A DNA stretch of 64,000 nt. Source: Candidatus Thorarchaeota archaeon (lineage in GTDB: Archaea; Asgardarchaeota; Thorarchaeia; Thorarchaeales; Thorarchaeaceae). Below the pieces are notes generated by a model that worked only from the letters and a program-made list of their open reading frames with translations, was not told where the DNA came from and made no database searches. A program made the position numbers and the translations under genes. The DNA lies in NCBI GenBank assembly GCA_029855935.1, contig JAGSHN010000023.1:1-64000 (forward strand), written 5' to 3'. Below, piece by piece: positions 38,347-48,221 of the stretch (the stretch's first letter is position 1; every line of letters begins with the position of its first letter).

Positions 38347-39603
38347 TCACAGACCTCCAGTATCCCTTGCTCGTTCCAGATCAGACGCATTGACATAGAT
38401 TCTCGTCTTTGCATATTTGCCTTGTAGTGCTTCCACTATGGGGGAATACGTTGAGAGAGGATAAATACGCCCCTCTTCTTTCTGAATGACCTGAATCTCT
38501 TCATTCTCAAGCCCATACCAAGTATTCATCTCTCTAAGACTATCCTCCCAGTACCATATTCCGTTTGCGGAGAGCTTTGACTTCAGCCTGCTCAGCCTAT
38601 CCTGTTCTTCTGATTGTATGCAAAGACCCCTTGTTTCATATAGAACTCGGGGGTGGTCTCTATTAATGATTCTTGTTAGTTCATCTTGCGCCTCTTGTCT
38701 CATGAGCTCCCACGCTGAGTAGTCATCAATCATCAGGAAGTCTTGGATGTCCTTTGGCGATGGAAGTTGGACTATTGCTTGTTTCAGTGCCTGTTGAAGA
38801 AGGTAGTCATATGCTCGTCGAGTTTTGTGACAATACACTTGGGTGAACATATGGTACCTAGAAATAAGCAATGACTCCGCAATGTGCCATCCACCCTTCC
38901 TTACGCCAAGAACAACATCGCCGGTCTCAGGATCGACACCAAGTCCAAGAGTAACAACTAGTCGCTCCAAGTCATAGATGCCATACTTGACTCCTGCGTG
39001 CAGAGAGTCTCTCAGGAGGTAGTCACATCGGTCGGCATCAAGCTGACTTGATATCAGAACCTTCCAAAATAGTCTTCCCTTGAGCCTCTTGGGGTTCCCG
39101 ATTATCAAGTCTGCTATTTCTTCAGATTGGATTCCGTAGTTCTGGTTCAAGGGATGGTCTTCGATGACTTGCTTCAGTGGTCCATTGATGATTGAGACAG
39201 TATAGTCTTCGTGCTTATACTGCCTTCCAGTGGTCGGATTCGTTTGCATCAGTTCCTCGGACGCGTGAGAGAATGGCGGATGCCCCAGATCGTGAAGAAG
39301 CCCAGCAAGACGAACAATCTGGCGGTCCCTCTTGAAGCCAGCCTCCTCGTAGTCTAGATTGTCCCGAAGTATTCTCCTATTTTCTTCGTTTCCTATAATC
39401 GAGTCATACATTCGCGTTATCAGACGCATGACCCCGAGTGAATGTTCAAACCTAGTATGAGTTGCACCAGGATACACCATGTCCGTCAGACCAAGCTGGC
39501 GTATTCTCCTAAGTCGCTGAATAGATGGGTGTGCTATGATCTCCTTTTCCCACTCATTGAACTTCACGAAGCCGTATACTGGGTCTCGAACCTCGAACTT
39601 CAT
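38347..39603 (-). CDS. HD-superfamily phosphohydrolase (YwfO/SAMHD1-like dNTPase family)
   Basis: RDPVYG, QRLRRIRQLG...YPGATHTRFEHSLG, LLHDLGHPPFSH, LDADRCDYLLRD, VYCHKT. Confidence 0.92.
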   Translation of the reverse strand: MKFEVRDPVYGFVKFNEWEKEIIAHPSIQRLRRIRQLGLTDMVYPGATHTRFEHSLGVMRLITRMYDSIIGNEENRRILRDNLDYEEAGFKRDRQIVRLAGLLHDLGHPPFSHASEELMQTNPTTGRQYKHEDYTVSIINGPLKQVIEDHPLNQNYGIQSEEIADLIIGNPKRLKGRLFWKVLISSQLDADRCDYLLRDSLHAGVKYGIYDLERLVVTLGLGVDPETGDVVLGVRKGGWHIAESLLISRYHMFTQVYCHKTRRAYDYLLQQALKQAIVQLPSPKDIQDFLMIDDYSAWELMRQEAQDELTRIINRDHPRVLYETRGLCIQSEEQDRLSRLKSKLSANGIWYWEDSLREMNTWYGLENEEIQVIQKEEGRIYPLSTYSPIVEALQGKYAKTRIYVNASDLERARDTGGL

Positions 39604-40825
39604 CACGATATCCACACCCCAGCGCCACACTTCTTCACGTTGCGATATGTGCCCCGATTGCAATACGGAATAAATGAGGATGAAATTCCAGACAAACAGA
39701 GAACAAGATCAGAATCACTTCTTGAGCCCTGACGTTCGCAAGATGGTCGTATTCCAATCCAATTCCAAAACGTGAAACTCACAGGTGATGTATGGCCCTC
39801 TCTTTTGGCAGCCCGTTCGGCTACGCCAGTTCGTACGAGCACCGTATTCTTCGTGATTGACGTCATGGTCACTGTTCGCATACTCCCCAAGATTCGTTGT
39901 CAGCCCACTTTCCCGCTCGAATGAGCAGAATACAGGGTACGAACACCATATGAATACTTGTGCGATCCTGGCAGCCAGTTGAGGGAATCCGCAACTCTTC
40001 TATTTCAATCCACTGTCAAGAAAACGGCTGGGGCTACAATGACACGGTCCCGACCACGAACCGCAGTCAAGCCCTCCATTGCCTGAGGGCCTAATAGTGA
40101 CTCCGAAATTGATGCTGCGCACAACAAGATGACTGACCAAACAATCTCCCAGAGGGGGTATCGTTGCCTGTGGTCCGAGGAGCAAAGTTGCTATCACAAC
40201 GAAAGCTCAGTGTGGCTGTAGCTGAGCTACTCAACCCGATCTACCTTACGAATCGTATGCACACGGGCATTGCCATATCCTTCCTAGACCGAGCGTTCCG
40301 CCTAGCAGATTTCGGTAGCGGGTCGAAGTACCTCTCGGCTACTCCAAGCGTATCGGGGAGCAAACGTGCATAACCACCGGACTTCGTTCATTCCTGTTCA
40401 AGCGCAGCAATGGTGTCATCGTCAAACTCTTTGACATCATCGGAGAACCCAAGAAGGCTGCAAGCCTAGCGCTCCCAGCTTCCACAACGTGTTTCTTCCT
40501 GCTTGAGCCAACCGTTCACGTAGGCAGTTCAATTATTGACGAGAGTAAGCAACAGCACCGCCTGCCCACAGGTCAACAGAGTTGAAAAGTAGCTGGATAG
40601 CAAAGACATCCGAGCGCTTTGATAGGCTCAGCCCACATAGGGGCTTGAGAAGAATGCCCGTATTGCCAGAAATCACCAAGCCCCTGGGAATTGGATAGAC
40701 ACAGACGCTCGACTGCTAGCCAAGTCACATCAACTGCAAGACAGCCAAGGAATGGGTGAAGGCGCAGGTAGAACTATGGGAGTTTTGTCACCATAGGCGA
40801 GACATCAGAAACAAACGTTGATTGT

Positions 40826-41305
40826 CTAGCCAATCAACGTGAATCCGTCAAAGATACTGCAGCCGCAAGGTACTATCCGCAAAGGGAAACTAGGCGTTCC
40901 CAGAATCCTCTTTACCAGAGACAAGTTATTCGCAACAAAATCGCATATGTTCTGTGGGAGAACCAATATGTGACGGTAGTTGGGATTTCTCACGCCCATG
41001 CAGTCCAGCAACCCACCAAGAAATCCTTCAGTTTCCTTGAACTTGCTATCAAGACTGCGGATGGCTTCAGAAAAGGTTGATTCCTCAGCAATGTTCTTGA
41101 GTTCCACCAGGAATGCGGTGCATTTGTCATCCTCGAACATAACGTAGACTACATCGCAATGGGCCAAGTGCATTCTCCCAAGTTCCGCGTACTTCTCGAA
41201 GTTGAGAACCAGAAAGGGCAGACCGCCCTTGAGGATGATTTTGCAGTCATTCTCTTCATACTCGGCTTCCATTCTCGGCCCATTCGTCGTCCCCGGCACG
41301 TTCAT
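40826..41305 (-). CDS. Small putative PD-(D/E)XK-type nuclease, partner of the upstream ATPase
   Basis: HCDVVYV...FLVELKN pattern; overlaps the ATPase stop. Confidence 0.6.
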   Translation of the reverse strand: MNVPGTTNGPRMEAEYEENDCKIILKGGLPFLVLNFEKYAELGRMHLAHCDVVYVMFEDDKCTAFLVELKNIAEESTFSEAIRSLDSKFKETEGFLGGLLDCMGVRNPNYRHILVLPQNICDFVANNLSLVKRILGTPSFPLRIVPCGCSIFDGFTLIG

Positions 41306-42989
41306 CGTCTCCTAAGCCTAGCGCCCACTCCAGCAGAATATCTATGACATCCGTCAGACTGGGAATGTGCTTTGTTAGCTCATCTGCGGGAACTTCTGAT
41401 ACTTCAACTCCTTCCTTCTCAGGCTTGTAGTAGTAGAACCGGATGTCAAGATCCCCTGCTCGCGCAGCGTATTCTGACAGAAGCTCAAGAGGACCGCCCT
41501 CAACAGGCACCCTCTGCATCTCCAGGAGCCTCTCTATCAGCTCACGGATCTTCTCGCTGCTGGGTCGGTGTATCTTTATGTATGCTAGGATAAGAACGAT
41601 GAGGTCACTGTGGGTACTGAAAACCACTTGGTGCTCGTACTTGCTTGCAAGCGCCGCCAGAGTCAACCCCATCAGCAATTGAGCGGCATAGTGTAGTTGA
41701 GCCTCGGGCTCCTCTATGATGATCCTTGATCTTGGACGCGTCGAGAGAACTGGCAACAGAATTCCCGCAACTTCTCCGGCCAGGGCCGAGGCCGAGTTCA
41801 TTGGCACGGCGCACGCACCCGTGGAATAGAATAGACCCTTCGCCCTTTCGTAGGTAAGTCTGCCTTGAAGAACCGGAAGAAATAGCTCAATTGCTTCCTT
41901 GTCGTAGGAACCGTCGGCAATCTTGGATCTGCCCAGGCTCAGCCACGATATGTAGGAATGCAGAACGACATCTGACTCATACAGTGTGCTGTAGCCACGT
42001 CTGTCTCTTCGAATCGGTTCTTGCGAGAGGAGTTCTAGCTGGTTGATGACGAGGCTTCGTCCGAATGGAATGAAACGTACTTCCTCTAGACCGTATGACT
42101 CAGCATACGCAGCCCTGAGCGGTTGACATATTGACTCGTCTACGAATTCCAGAAGCACGTCATCCAGCCACAATTGGATACGGTGGGGAAGGAAGGAACC
42201 TAGGACATAGCCAGGCCTGCTGGCCCTCTGGAGAATCTGACTGACTGTGGCCTCCGGACTCTTTGCCGACGAAGCAATCTTCTTCAGTTCGTCCAGCACG
42301 TTCTTCGAGAAGACCCTCTCAACCGCCCTACTGCTGGCCCTCATCGAGAATCTGAGCTCCAAAGCAATTGCAACTACTCCTTCGGGTTTCAGGTCAAATG
42401 AAACGTTCGCTTGACAGATCGTATTCCTCCTCAGGTCACCAAATTTCTCAGCATAACTACGTGGCTCCGTAGAACTCTCAGCAATCAAGTCAAGGAACTC
42501 CGGCATTGATACCGAACTATCCAGTTTCGAGTCATCTCTCACCAAGACGATATCCCGATAGAAGTCTAGATTGGGCCGCAGCAAACTATCGACAGGAATG
42601 ACGCCAGAGGCCTCTATGGTAAAGTTGAGAGTGCCATCTTCGGAGCGCCAGCGAACGTTTTCCGCACCAGTCTGTTCTCTGAAAACCTCAGCGAGATTCG
42701 GTACTTGACTCTCTAAGCCTTCAAGGCCCAACGCGTACAACGCTACCAGCGCGTACAAAGCCCTCAGCGAGTTTCGCAGATTCAGAGGCGGATAGTCCAC
42801 ATCATACGTACTTAGTAGGTTACGGAACTCAAACTCGCGTGCGTGCTCATCGAGCATTAGAGTCGAAGCATACAAGGCTCTGAGGGTATACGACTTCCCC
42901 GTATTAGGCGGCCCGAACACGACAGTTATGTCGCCAATCTCTATATCCGCCGATCGTATCGGGCCCAAGTTCTCTATGTGGAATCCCAC
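41256..42989 (-). CDS. ABC-type (AAA_15/AAA_21) ATPase
   Basis: IENLGPI, GPPNTGKS, ASA signature, IIIEEPEAQLH, STHSD. Confidence 0.88.
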   Translation of the reverse strand: MGFHIENLGPIRSADIEIGDITVVFGPPNTGKSYTLRALYASTLMLDEHAREFEFRNLLSTYDVDYPPLNLRNSLRALYALVALYALGLEGLESQVPNLAEVFREQTGAENVRWRSEDGTLNFTIEASGVIPVDSLLRPNLDFYRDIVLVRDDSKLDSSVSMPEFLDLIAESSTEPRSYAEKFGDLRRNTICQANVSFDLKPEGVVAIALELRFSMRASSRAVERVFSKNVLDELKKIASSAKSPEATVSQILQRASRPGYVLGSFLPHRIQLWLDDVLLEFVDESICQPLRAAYAESYGLEEVRFIPFGRSLVINQLELLSQEPIRRDRRGYSTLYESDVVLHSYISWLSLGRSKIADGSYDKEAIELFLPVLQGRLTYERAKGLFYSTGACAVPMNSASALAGEVAGILLPVLSTRPRSRIIIEEPEAQLHYAAQLLMGLTLAALASKYEHQVVFSTHSDLIVLILAYIKIHRPSSEKIRELIERLLEMQRVPVEGGPLELLSEYAARAGDLDIRFYYYKPEKEGVEVSEVPADELTKHIPSLTDVIDILLEWALGLGDDERAGDDEWAENGSRV

Positions 42990-43802
42990 GGGGAGCTCCC
43001 TCGGTGGGGACGTGCTCGTTCTCCGAACAATAAGGCTTTCGATAGAGGGCTGCAGGAGACTATGTCACGAGCGGACTGGGCGGCACGTAAGAAACCGGTT
43101 TTCTCATTAGAACGGCATTCCCGAAGACCAAGGCATCGCACGCCCCTGAGCCGCCCCTTTGCTTAGCTACATTGTCACGAAAATGCAAACTCTGTGCACA
43201 GATGTGCAACGAGAGAGCAAGCGTCGACACATCAGGTACAGCAGTATGAGGGCCAGACAGTTGACCAACGCCAGTGCGGGCCACGTCCTCAAGAGAAAAG
43301 ATACTCAAACTCATTGAACGGACACACTTGACGGTCTACATCTAGAACGTGAAAGTGCCCGCGGCTGCCACCGGGTACACGCGGTAGAAGTGGAAGAGTA
43401 GTCAAACTCCGGGACCAATTCCAAATGTGACAGTTCAACAGCAAGCGCGCCTGCAAACACAAGGTGAAAGACATAGTCATCGCTCGGAGAAGATCTCTCC
43501 CCGTACGATGTGCAGCTCCAGAATCTGCCCTATTCTACGACTCTTCAGGCATTCGTTCCGTCTTCTCGTGGCGGGGATAGACGCAGGACCTGATTGTACC
43601 AACAAGCACGGGCGGAGACCCCGACTCGACCCGGTCACGAGTACAGCGTTAGAAACAGCCTTGGTCGAAGAATCGACTATGGCATTGGAACTCCATCATC
43701 AAATCAGCCCGCTAAATTCAGGTTTCCGCTGTCCCTGGAGTGCTCTTCTCCAAAGAAACGACTCGCTGTTGGCCAGCCATCGGGTTTCGCAGACGCCTGT
43801 CA

Positions 43803-44468
43803 CTAACCCAGAGATCTCCGAAGAAGGACCCTATTCAGACCTCTTTTTCCTCTCTTTTTCCTGATTGAGGAGCGCTTGACTACCTTCCACTTGCCTAGGT
43901 CGAAAAACAACACGTCTATCCGGTGTCCATCCTTTTGTCGGTCGTCTAGTTGTTGCACGTCATCTATCGCTTTCTCCAAGGGATTCTGATCTCGTCCCCC
44001 TCTAGAAGTTGGGACCAAAAGAATGACCTCTATCAGGTGACGGTAGCTCAACTTGTTCTTGAATTCCACCAGCTTCTCAAAGTCCTCTCCATAGCCTCTC
44101 GGGTTTGTTGTTAACTTGAACTCCACCACTGCAAGATTCAGTTGATCTTTTCCCTTGACGTGGATGATGAAGTCCGGTATTCGTCCAGTATCGAAAATGT
44201 GTTGGTAACCTTTGTTCACTTCTCCCTGCACAATAGCACCGCCAAAATCCACAACTCGCTGTTCAATCAGACACCGGAGCTGATGGTAGAACTCGTATGC
44301 GATAGGGCGTTCAAGGAATTTCAACTCTGCAGCACTATTCTGCCCTTTAGTAGACGATATCTGCTGATAGTCATAGTGAGATAGTTGACAATACTCTTGG
44401 TCCATTCTTTCAAGCGCACAGCAAACAGCATCAAGAACACCCGAACACTTGGCTTCAACTTTGTCCAT
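43803..44468 (-). CDS. PD-(D/E)XK restriction-endonuclease-like protein
   Basis: ERPIAYEFYHQLR...GEVNK...IPDFIIH...NLAVVEFK...DFEKL. Confidence 0.75.
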   Translation of the reverse strand: MDKVEAKCSGVLDAVCCALERMDQEYCQLSHYDYQQISSTKGQNSAAELKFLERPIAYEFYHQLRCLIEQRVVDFGGAIVQGEVNKGYQHIFDTGRIPDFIIHVKGKDQLNLAVVEFKLTTNPRGYGEDFEKLVEFKNKLSYRHLIEVILLVPTSRGGRDQNPLEKAIDDVQQLDDRQKDGHRIDVLFFDLGKWKVVKRSSIRKKRGKRGLNRVLLRRSLG

Positions 44469-45014
44469 TCATGTCCACCTACCTGTCCCGTTTCAAACCC
44501 GTAGCAATCAGATTGCTAATTGCGGGGTTTGCTCGCTCAAATATGAAACCTAGCTAGTCTGATATTATGACCAGAAAGACGGCCGCCGCCCGTATTTCAA
44601 TCTGTCGGCTACACAGCAGTTGCCGAGGTGGTTCTCAGGGGAACATCGTGCAAGTTCAAACAAGCTCGCAGAATGCTTCCCAAGATGCGGTTTCAGAAAG
44701 AGCATCACAAGACGGACGGACGACAAGATACCAGCTGAAACATTGTGTCATTTCGGACTTGCTGGCCAACCGACATAGGCCGAAGCAAAAGGGGCCCGAA
44801 AGAACGACTCATCGTTCCGATGGAAGGCGACGAAGTGAATTCGGAGCAACCGTTGGGAAACTATGTTCAATGCGCGACAAGCTGTGCCCCTTGAAGCAGT
44901 TTGAAACCTATTGACCGCCTACAGGCACCACTCCGGAAGAGCCTACCATCGAAGGACAAATAATATCAGGCAGAGCAACGTCACAATGCTTGCTCAGTAG
45001 GAGGGCTGCATGCA

Positions 45015-46934
45015 GTGAAACTCAAATCAGTCCACGTGAAGCACTTTCGATGCATCCGGGACCAGACCCTGAATTGCGAGGACCTCACAATACTCGTTGG
45101 TCCGAACGGCTCTGGAAAGTCTTCCTTTCTCAGGGCCCTCGACCTGTTCTATTCCACTTCGCCAAGTTATGCACAGGATGACTTCTACGGCCGAGACACG
45201 GACACACCCATAACGATCACGGTCACATTCTCGGAGCTGGACGATGACGAGCTAGAGCTATACAAGAGATACGTGCACAACAACGAGCTATCCATAACTC
45301 GAAAACTGGAATGGCCTCCCAGGAGAGGCTCGGCGAAATACCACGGGCTTCACAAATGCAATCCCGACTTTGATGGATTTCGTAGGGCAAGTGGGTCGGA
45401 TCTGCGCCGCGAGTACAATGCGCTACGTCAGGGCAAATATAGAGAACTCCCTCCGTACTCCAACAAGGATGCTGCTGAAGGAGCGCTCAAGGATTGGGAG
45501 GATAGGAATCCGGACAGATGTGAGATTAGGGAGGACGATGGCCAGTTCTTCGGATATACCGCAGTAGGCAAGTGGGTCCTGGAGAAAGGAACACGATTCT
45601 TTCTTGTGCCGGCCGTGAGGGACGCAGCCCTTGACGCTAGAGAAGGCAAAGGAAGTCCGTTCTCGGAGATAATGGACATAGTCGTGAGAAGTACTCTGAA
45701 AGATGCCCCCAGCTGGCAAGATCTTCAGAATCTCGTAAGAGAAGAGTATCGCAAGGTAATTGGTCCCATCCGGGAGGAGAAGCTGGAACAGATAAAATCC
45801 GAACTGATGGAGATTCTGCAGACATACGTGCCAAGCGGGAGCGTAGAGATAGACTGGGACGTTGAAACAGATCCGGAGATTCCAGCACCAAGAGCTACCG
45901 TAAGGCTTGCAGAAGACGAGTTCTATTCTCCTGCGGAGCTTTGCGGTCACGGCCTACAGAGGGCACTGACCCTGGCGATGCTCCAGCTCCTTGCCAGAAT
46001 TCGTACTCGGCTCGGATCAGACGAAACGCCGAACGAACCAACCTTCATCATCGCAATTGAAGAGCCTGAGGCATATCAGCATCCCAACAGGCAGCGCCAT
46101 CTGGCAAGAGTCCTCGTCGATCTTGCAGAAAATGGGCTTCCTGGTGCTGCTGAGAGAATCCAGATTATCTGTACAACACACTCGCCTCTATTCGTAGATA
46201 TGGCAAACTGCCACAGAGTTCGCAAGCTGAGAAAGATCAAGACACAGACCAACGCACCTCCCGAAACAGTGGTTGTTTCGACCAATCTTGACACTCTGGC
46301 CCGTGAGTTAGAGCAGATTGACGGCAAGGCTCAGGGAACGTATAGTGAGAAATCAGTATTGTCGCGGCTGAGAGCAGTGATGACCCCTCAATTGAACGAG
46401 GGATTCTTTGCTGATGTAGTGGTCCTCGTGGAGGGAGAAACTGATCGGGCGGCTATCCTTGCAGTGGCAAGGATGCTGGGTCACGATCTTGAGGCATTGG
46501 GCATATCTGTGCTCCCGTGCTCAGGGAAAGGGAGCCTAGTCGGTCCTGCCGTTGTCTTCAGGAGTCTCGACATACCAATATACCTTGTCTGGGATGCCGA
46601 CACGCAGTCCGGGGGCTCCGGACAGGACGATCCTCACAACAGAAAGCTCTTCCGCCTGATGACTGGCACAGCCAATGGCTCCCCGGGCACAATTGCTTCG
46701 ACGTATGCCTGTCTGCAAACCAACCTTGAGGAAACCATTAGGACGGAGATTGGTGGTGACGTATTCGATCCCATAGTGGAGCGGTGGCGCAAGGAGCACG
46801 GAATGAAGAGAAACGCCGCAGTCAAGCGAGCTGCTGCAATTGAGGAGATTCTCAATCAGGCCGCACAACAGGGAAGAAGATGCCAGACAATCGAGGAGAT
46901 TGTCACACAGATAGTCAAGCTTGTTGAACAATAG
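45015..46934 (+). CDS. OLD-family ATP-dependent nuclease (ABC ATPase + TOPRIM; GajA-like architecture)
   Basis: GPNGSGKS, GHGLQR, IAIEEPE..QHP, TTHSP, FFADVVVLVEGETD, WDAD. Confidence 0.92.
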   Translation: MKLKSVHVKHFRCIRDQTLNCEDLTILVGPNGSGKSSFLRALDLFYSTSPSYAQDDFYGRDTDTPITITVTFSELDDDELELYKRYVHNNELSITRKLEWPPRRGSAKYHGLHKCNPDFDGFRRASGSDLRREYNALRQGKYRELPPYSNKDAAEGALKDWEDRNPDRCEIREDDGQFFGYTAVGKWVLEKGTRFFLVPAVRDAALDAREGKGSPFSEIMDIVVRSTLKDAPSWQDLQNLVREEYRKVIGPIREEKLEQIKSELMEILQTYVPSGSVEIDWDVETDPEIPAPRATVRLAEDEFYSPAELCGHGLQRALTLAMLQLLARIRTRLGSDETPNEPTFIIAIEEPEAYQHPNRQRHLARVLVDLAENGLPGAAERIQIICTTHSPLFVDMANCHRVRKLRKIKTQTNAPPETVVVSTNLDTLARELEQIDGKAQGTYSEKSVLSRLRAVMTPQLNEGFFADVVVLVEGETDRAAILAVARMLGHDLEALGISVLPCSGKGSLVGPAVVFRSLDIPIYLVWDADTQSGGSGQDDPHNRKLFRLMTGTANGSPGTIASTYACLQTNLEETIRTEIGGDVFDPIVERWRKEHGMKRNAAVKRAAAIEEILNQAAQQGRRCQTIEEIVTQIVKLVEQ

Positions 46935-47132
46935 GTTCGTCTAGTCACGCCAAGATGCGAAGTCCTTTCGACTACGACTCTCAGAAACCTCAGAGTATGT
47001 CCGGATAGACAGTACCTCTCTCGTATGCCGAGAGGTTCCCAGCGGTGACAATCCGCCGACGATGGACGCGACACGGGCAATAGCCCCGAGATTCCCATAG
47101 ACGTAGGACAGGCTATGTGCCAAAACCTCTAA

Positions 47133-48221
47133 ATGCCCCTTGGGCACACAATCGTTGAGGGGTCATCTCTGAGGGTACTCCACACGTCGGATCTCCATCT
47201 CAGTGCGGGCAACCCGCGCACACTCGAAGCCCTCGAACACATTCTAGATGTGGCAAGGCAAGAGAACGCAGATATCGTCACCATTGCTGGTGATATGTTT
47301 GACTCTGCCAGAGATGCAAACGAACTGCGGCCACAGCTAAGAGATCTGCTATCCGAAAACGGCTTTGAGATCCTTGTCCTCCCCGGGAACCACGACGCCA
47401 CGGCCTTTACCCAGAATACATTCTACGGCAATGATGTGTTCCCGCTGATCGATAAGCCTGTTACTGTCAGAGAATATGAAGACCTCCTCATCGCGGGCGT
47501 GCCATTCCGCGAGAGGCTGGACGATGATGTAGCACTCCGAATTCGAGAAGTTTCGGACTTCACAGGCACGAAGATCCTCTTGCTGCACTGCACCCTCGAT
47601 ATCGGCCTCGGGAGCGGTGGCTTCGGCGAAGAAGAGGCGATTCGCTACATGCCTGTGTCTTCAGCCAAGCTGGCCGGGCTCGGTTTCGACTACATCCTGG
47701 CTGGCCATTTTCACTCTTCGCTGCACGAACAGAAGCTTGCAAGCGGAGGACTGTTCGTCTACCCGGGGTCACCAGTCTCTCTGACAAGGAAGGAGCGAGG
47801 GCGGCGATCCGCCTATCTCATTGACACTGAGAGCAAGAAGACGCAGGCCATAGAGCTCTCTACGTTCTACTGTGATGAGCTCGAGGTCACAATCTCGCCG
47901 GGTACAGAGAAGGCGTGGGTCGAACAAATCGAACAATGGGCCAAGCATCACAAAGGAAAGAACTGTGACGTCAGGGTCATCGCGAAGGGGTTCACCGAGA
48001 TGCCAGAGGCTGAGCTGAAACAACAGATTGAGGCTGCAGCCGGGGGAATTCACGTTGACTTTCGCGTCCGTGGCATTGAGAACATCCTCCGATACCCCAT
48101 ATATCAGAGATTCAAGCAGCGACTTCTTAATGATGATGGGATCGACGACAAGGAGAGGGTAGATATGATGATGCTCACGGTCGTGTCTCGACTGGCGGAA
48201 GAGGGGGAGCTTGACCTATGA
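47133..48221 (+). CDS. Mre11/SbcD(YhaO)-like metallophosphoesterase nuclease
   Basis: HTSDLHL, AGDMFD, PGNHD, LLLH, LAGHFH, YPGSP. Confidence 0.9.
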   Translation: MPLGHTIVEGSSLRVLHTSDLHLSAGNPRTLEALEHILDVARQENADIVTIAGDMFDSARDANELRPQLRDLLSENGFEILVLPGNHDATAFTQNTFYGNDVFPLIDKPVTVREYEDLLIAGVPFRERLDDDVALRIREVSDFTGTKILLLHCTLDIGLGSGGFGEEEAIRYMPVSSAKLAGLGFDYILAGHFHSSLHEQKLASGGLFVYPGSPVSLTRKERGRRSAYLIDTESKKTQAIELSTFYCDELEVTISPGTEKAWVEQIEQWAKHHKGKNCDVRVIAKGFTEMPEAELKQQIEAAAGGIHVDFRVRGIENILRYPIYQRFKQRLLNDDGIDDKERVDMMMLTVVSRLAEEGELDL

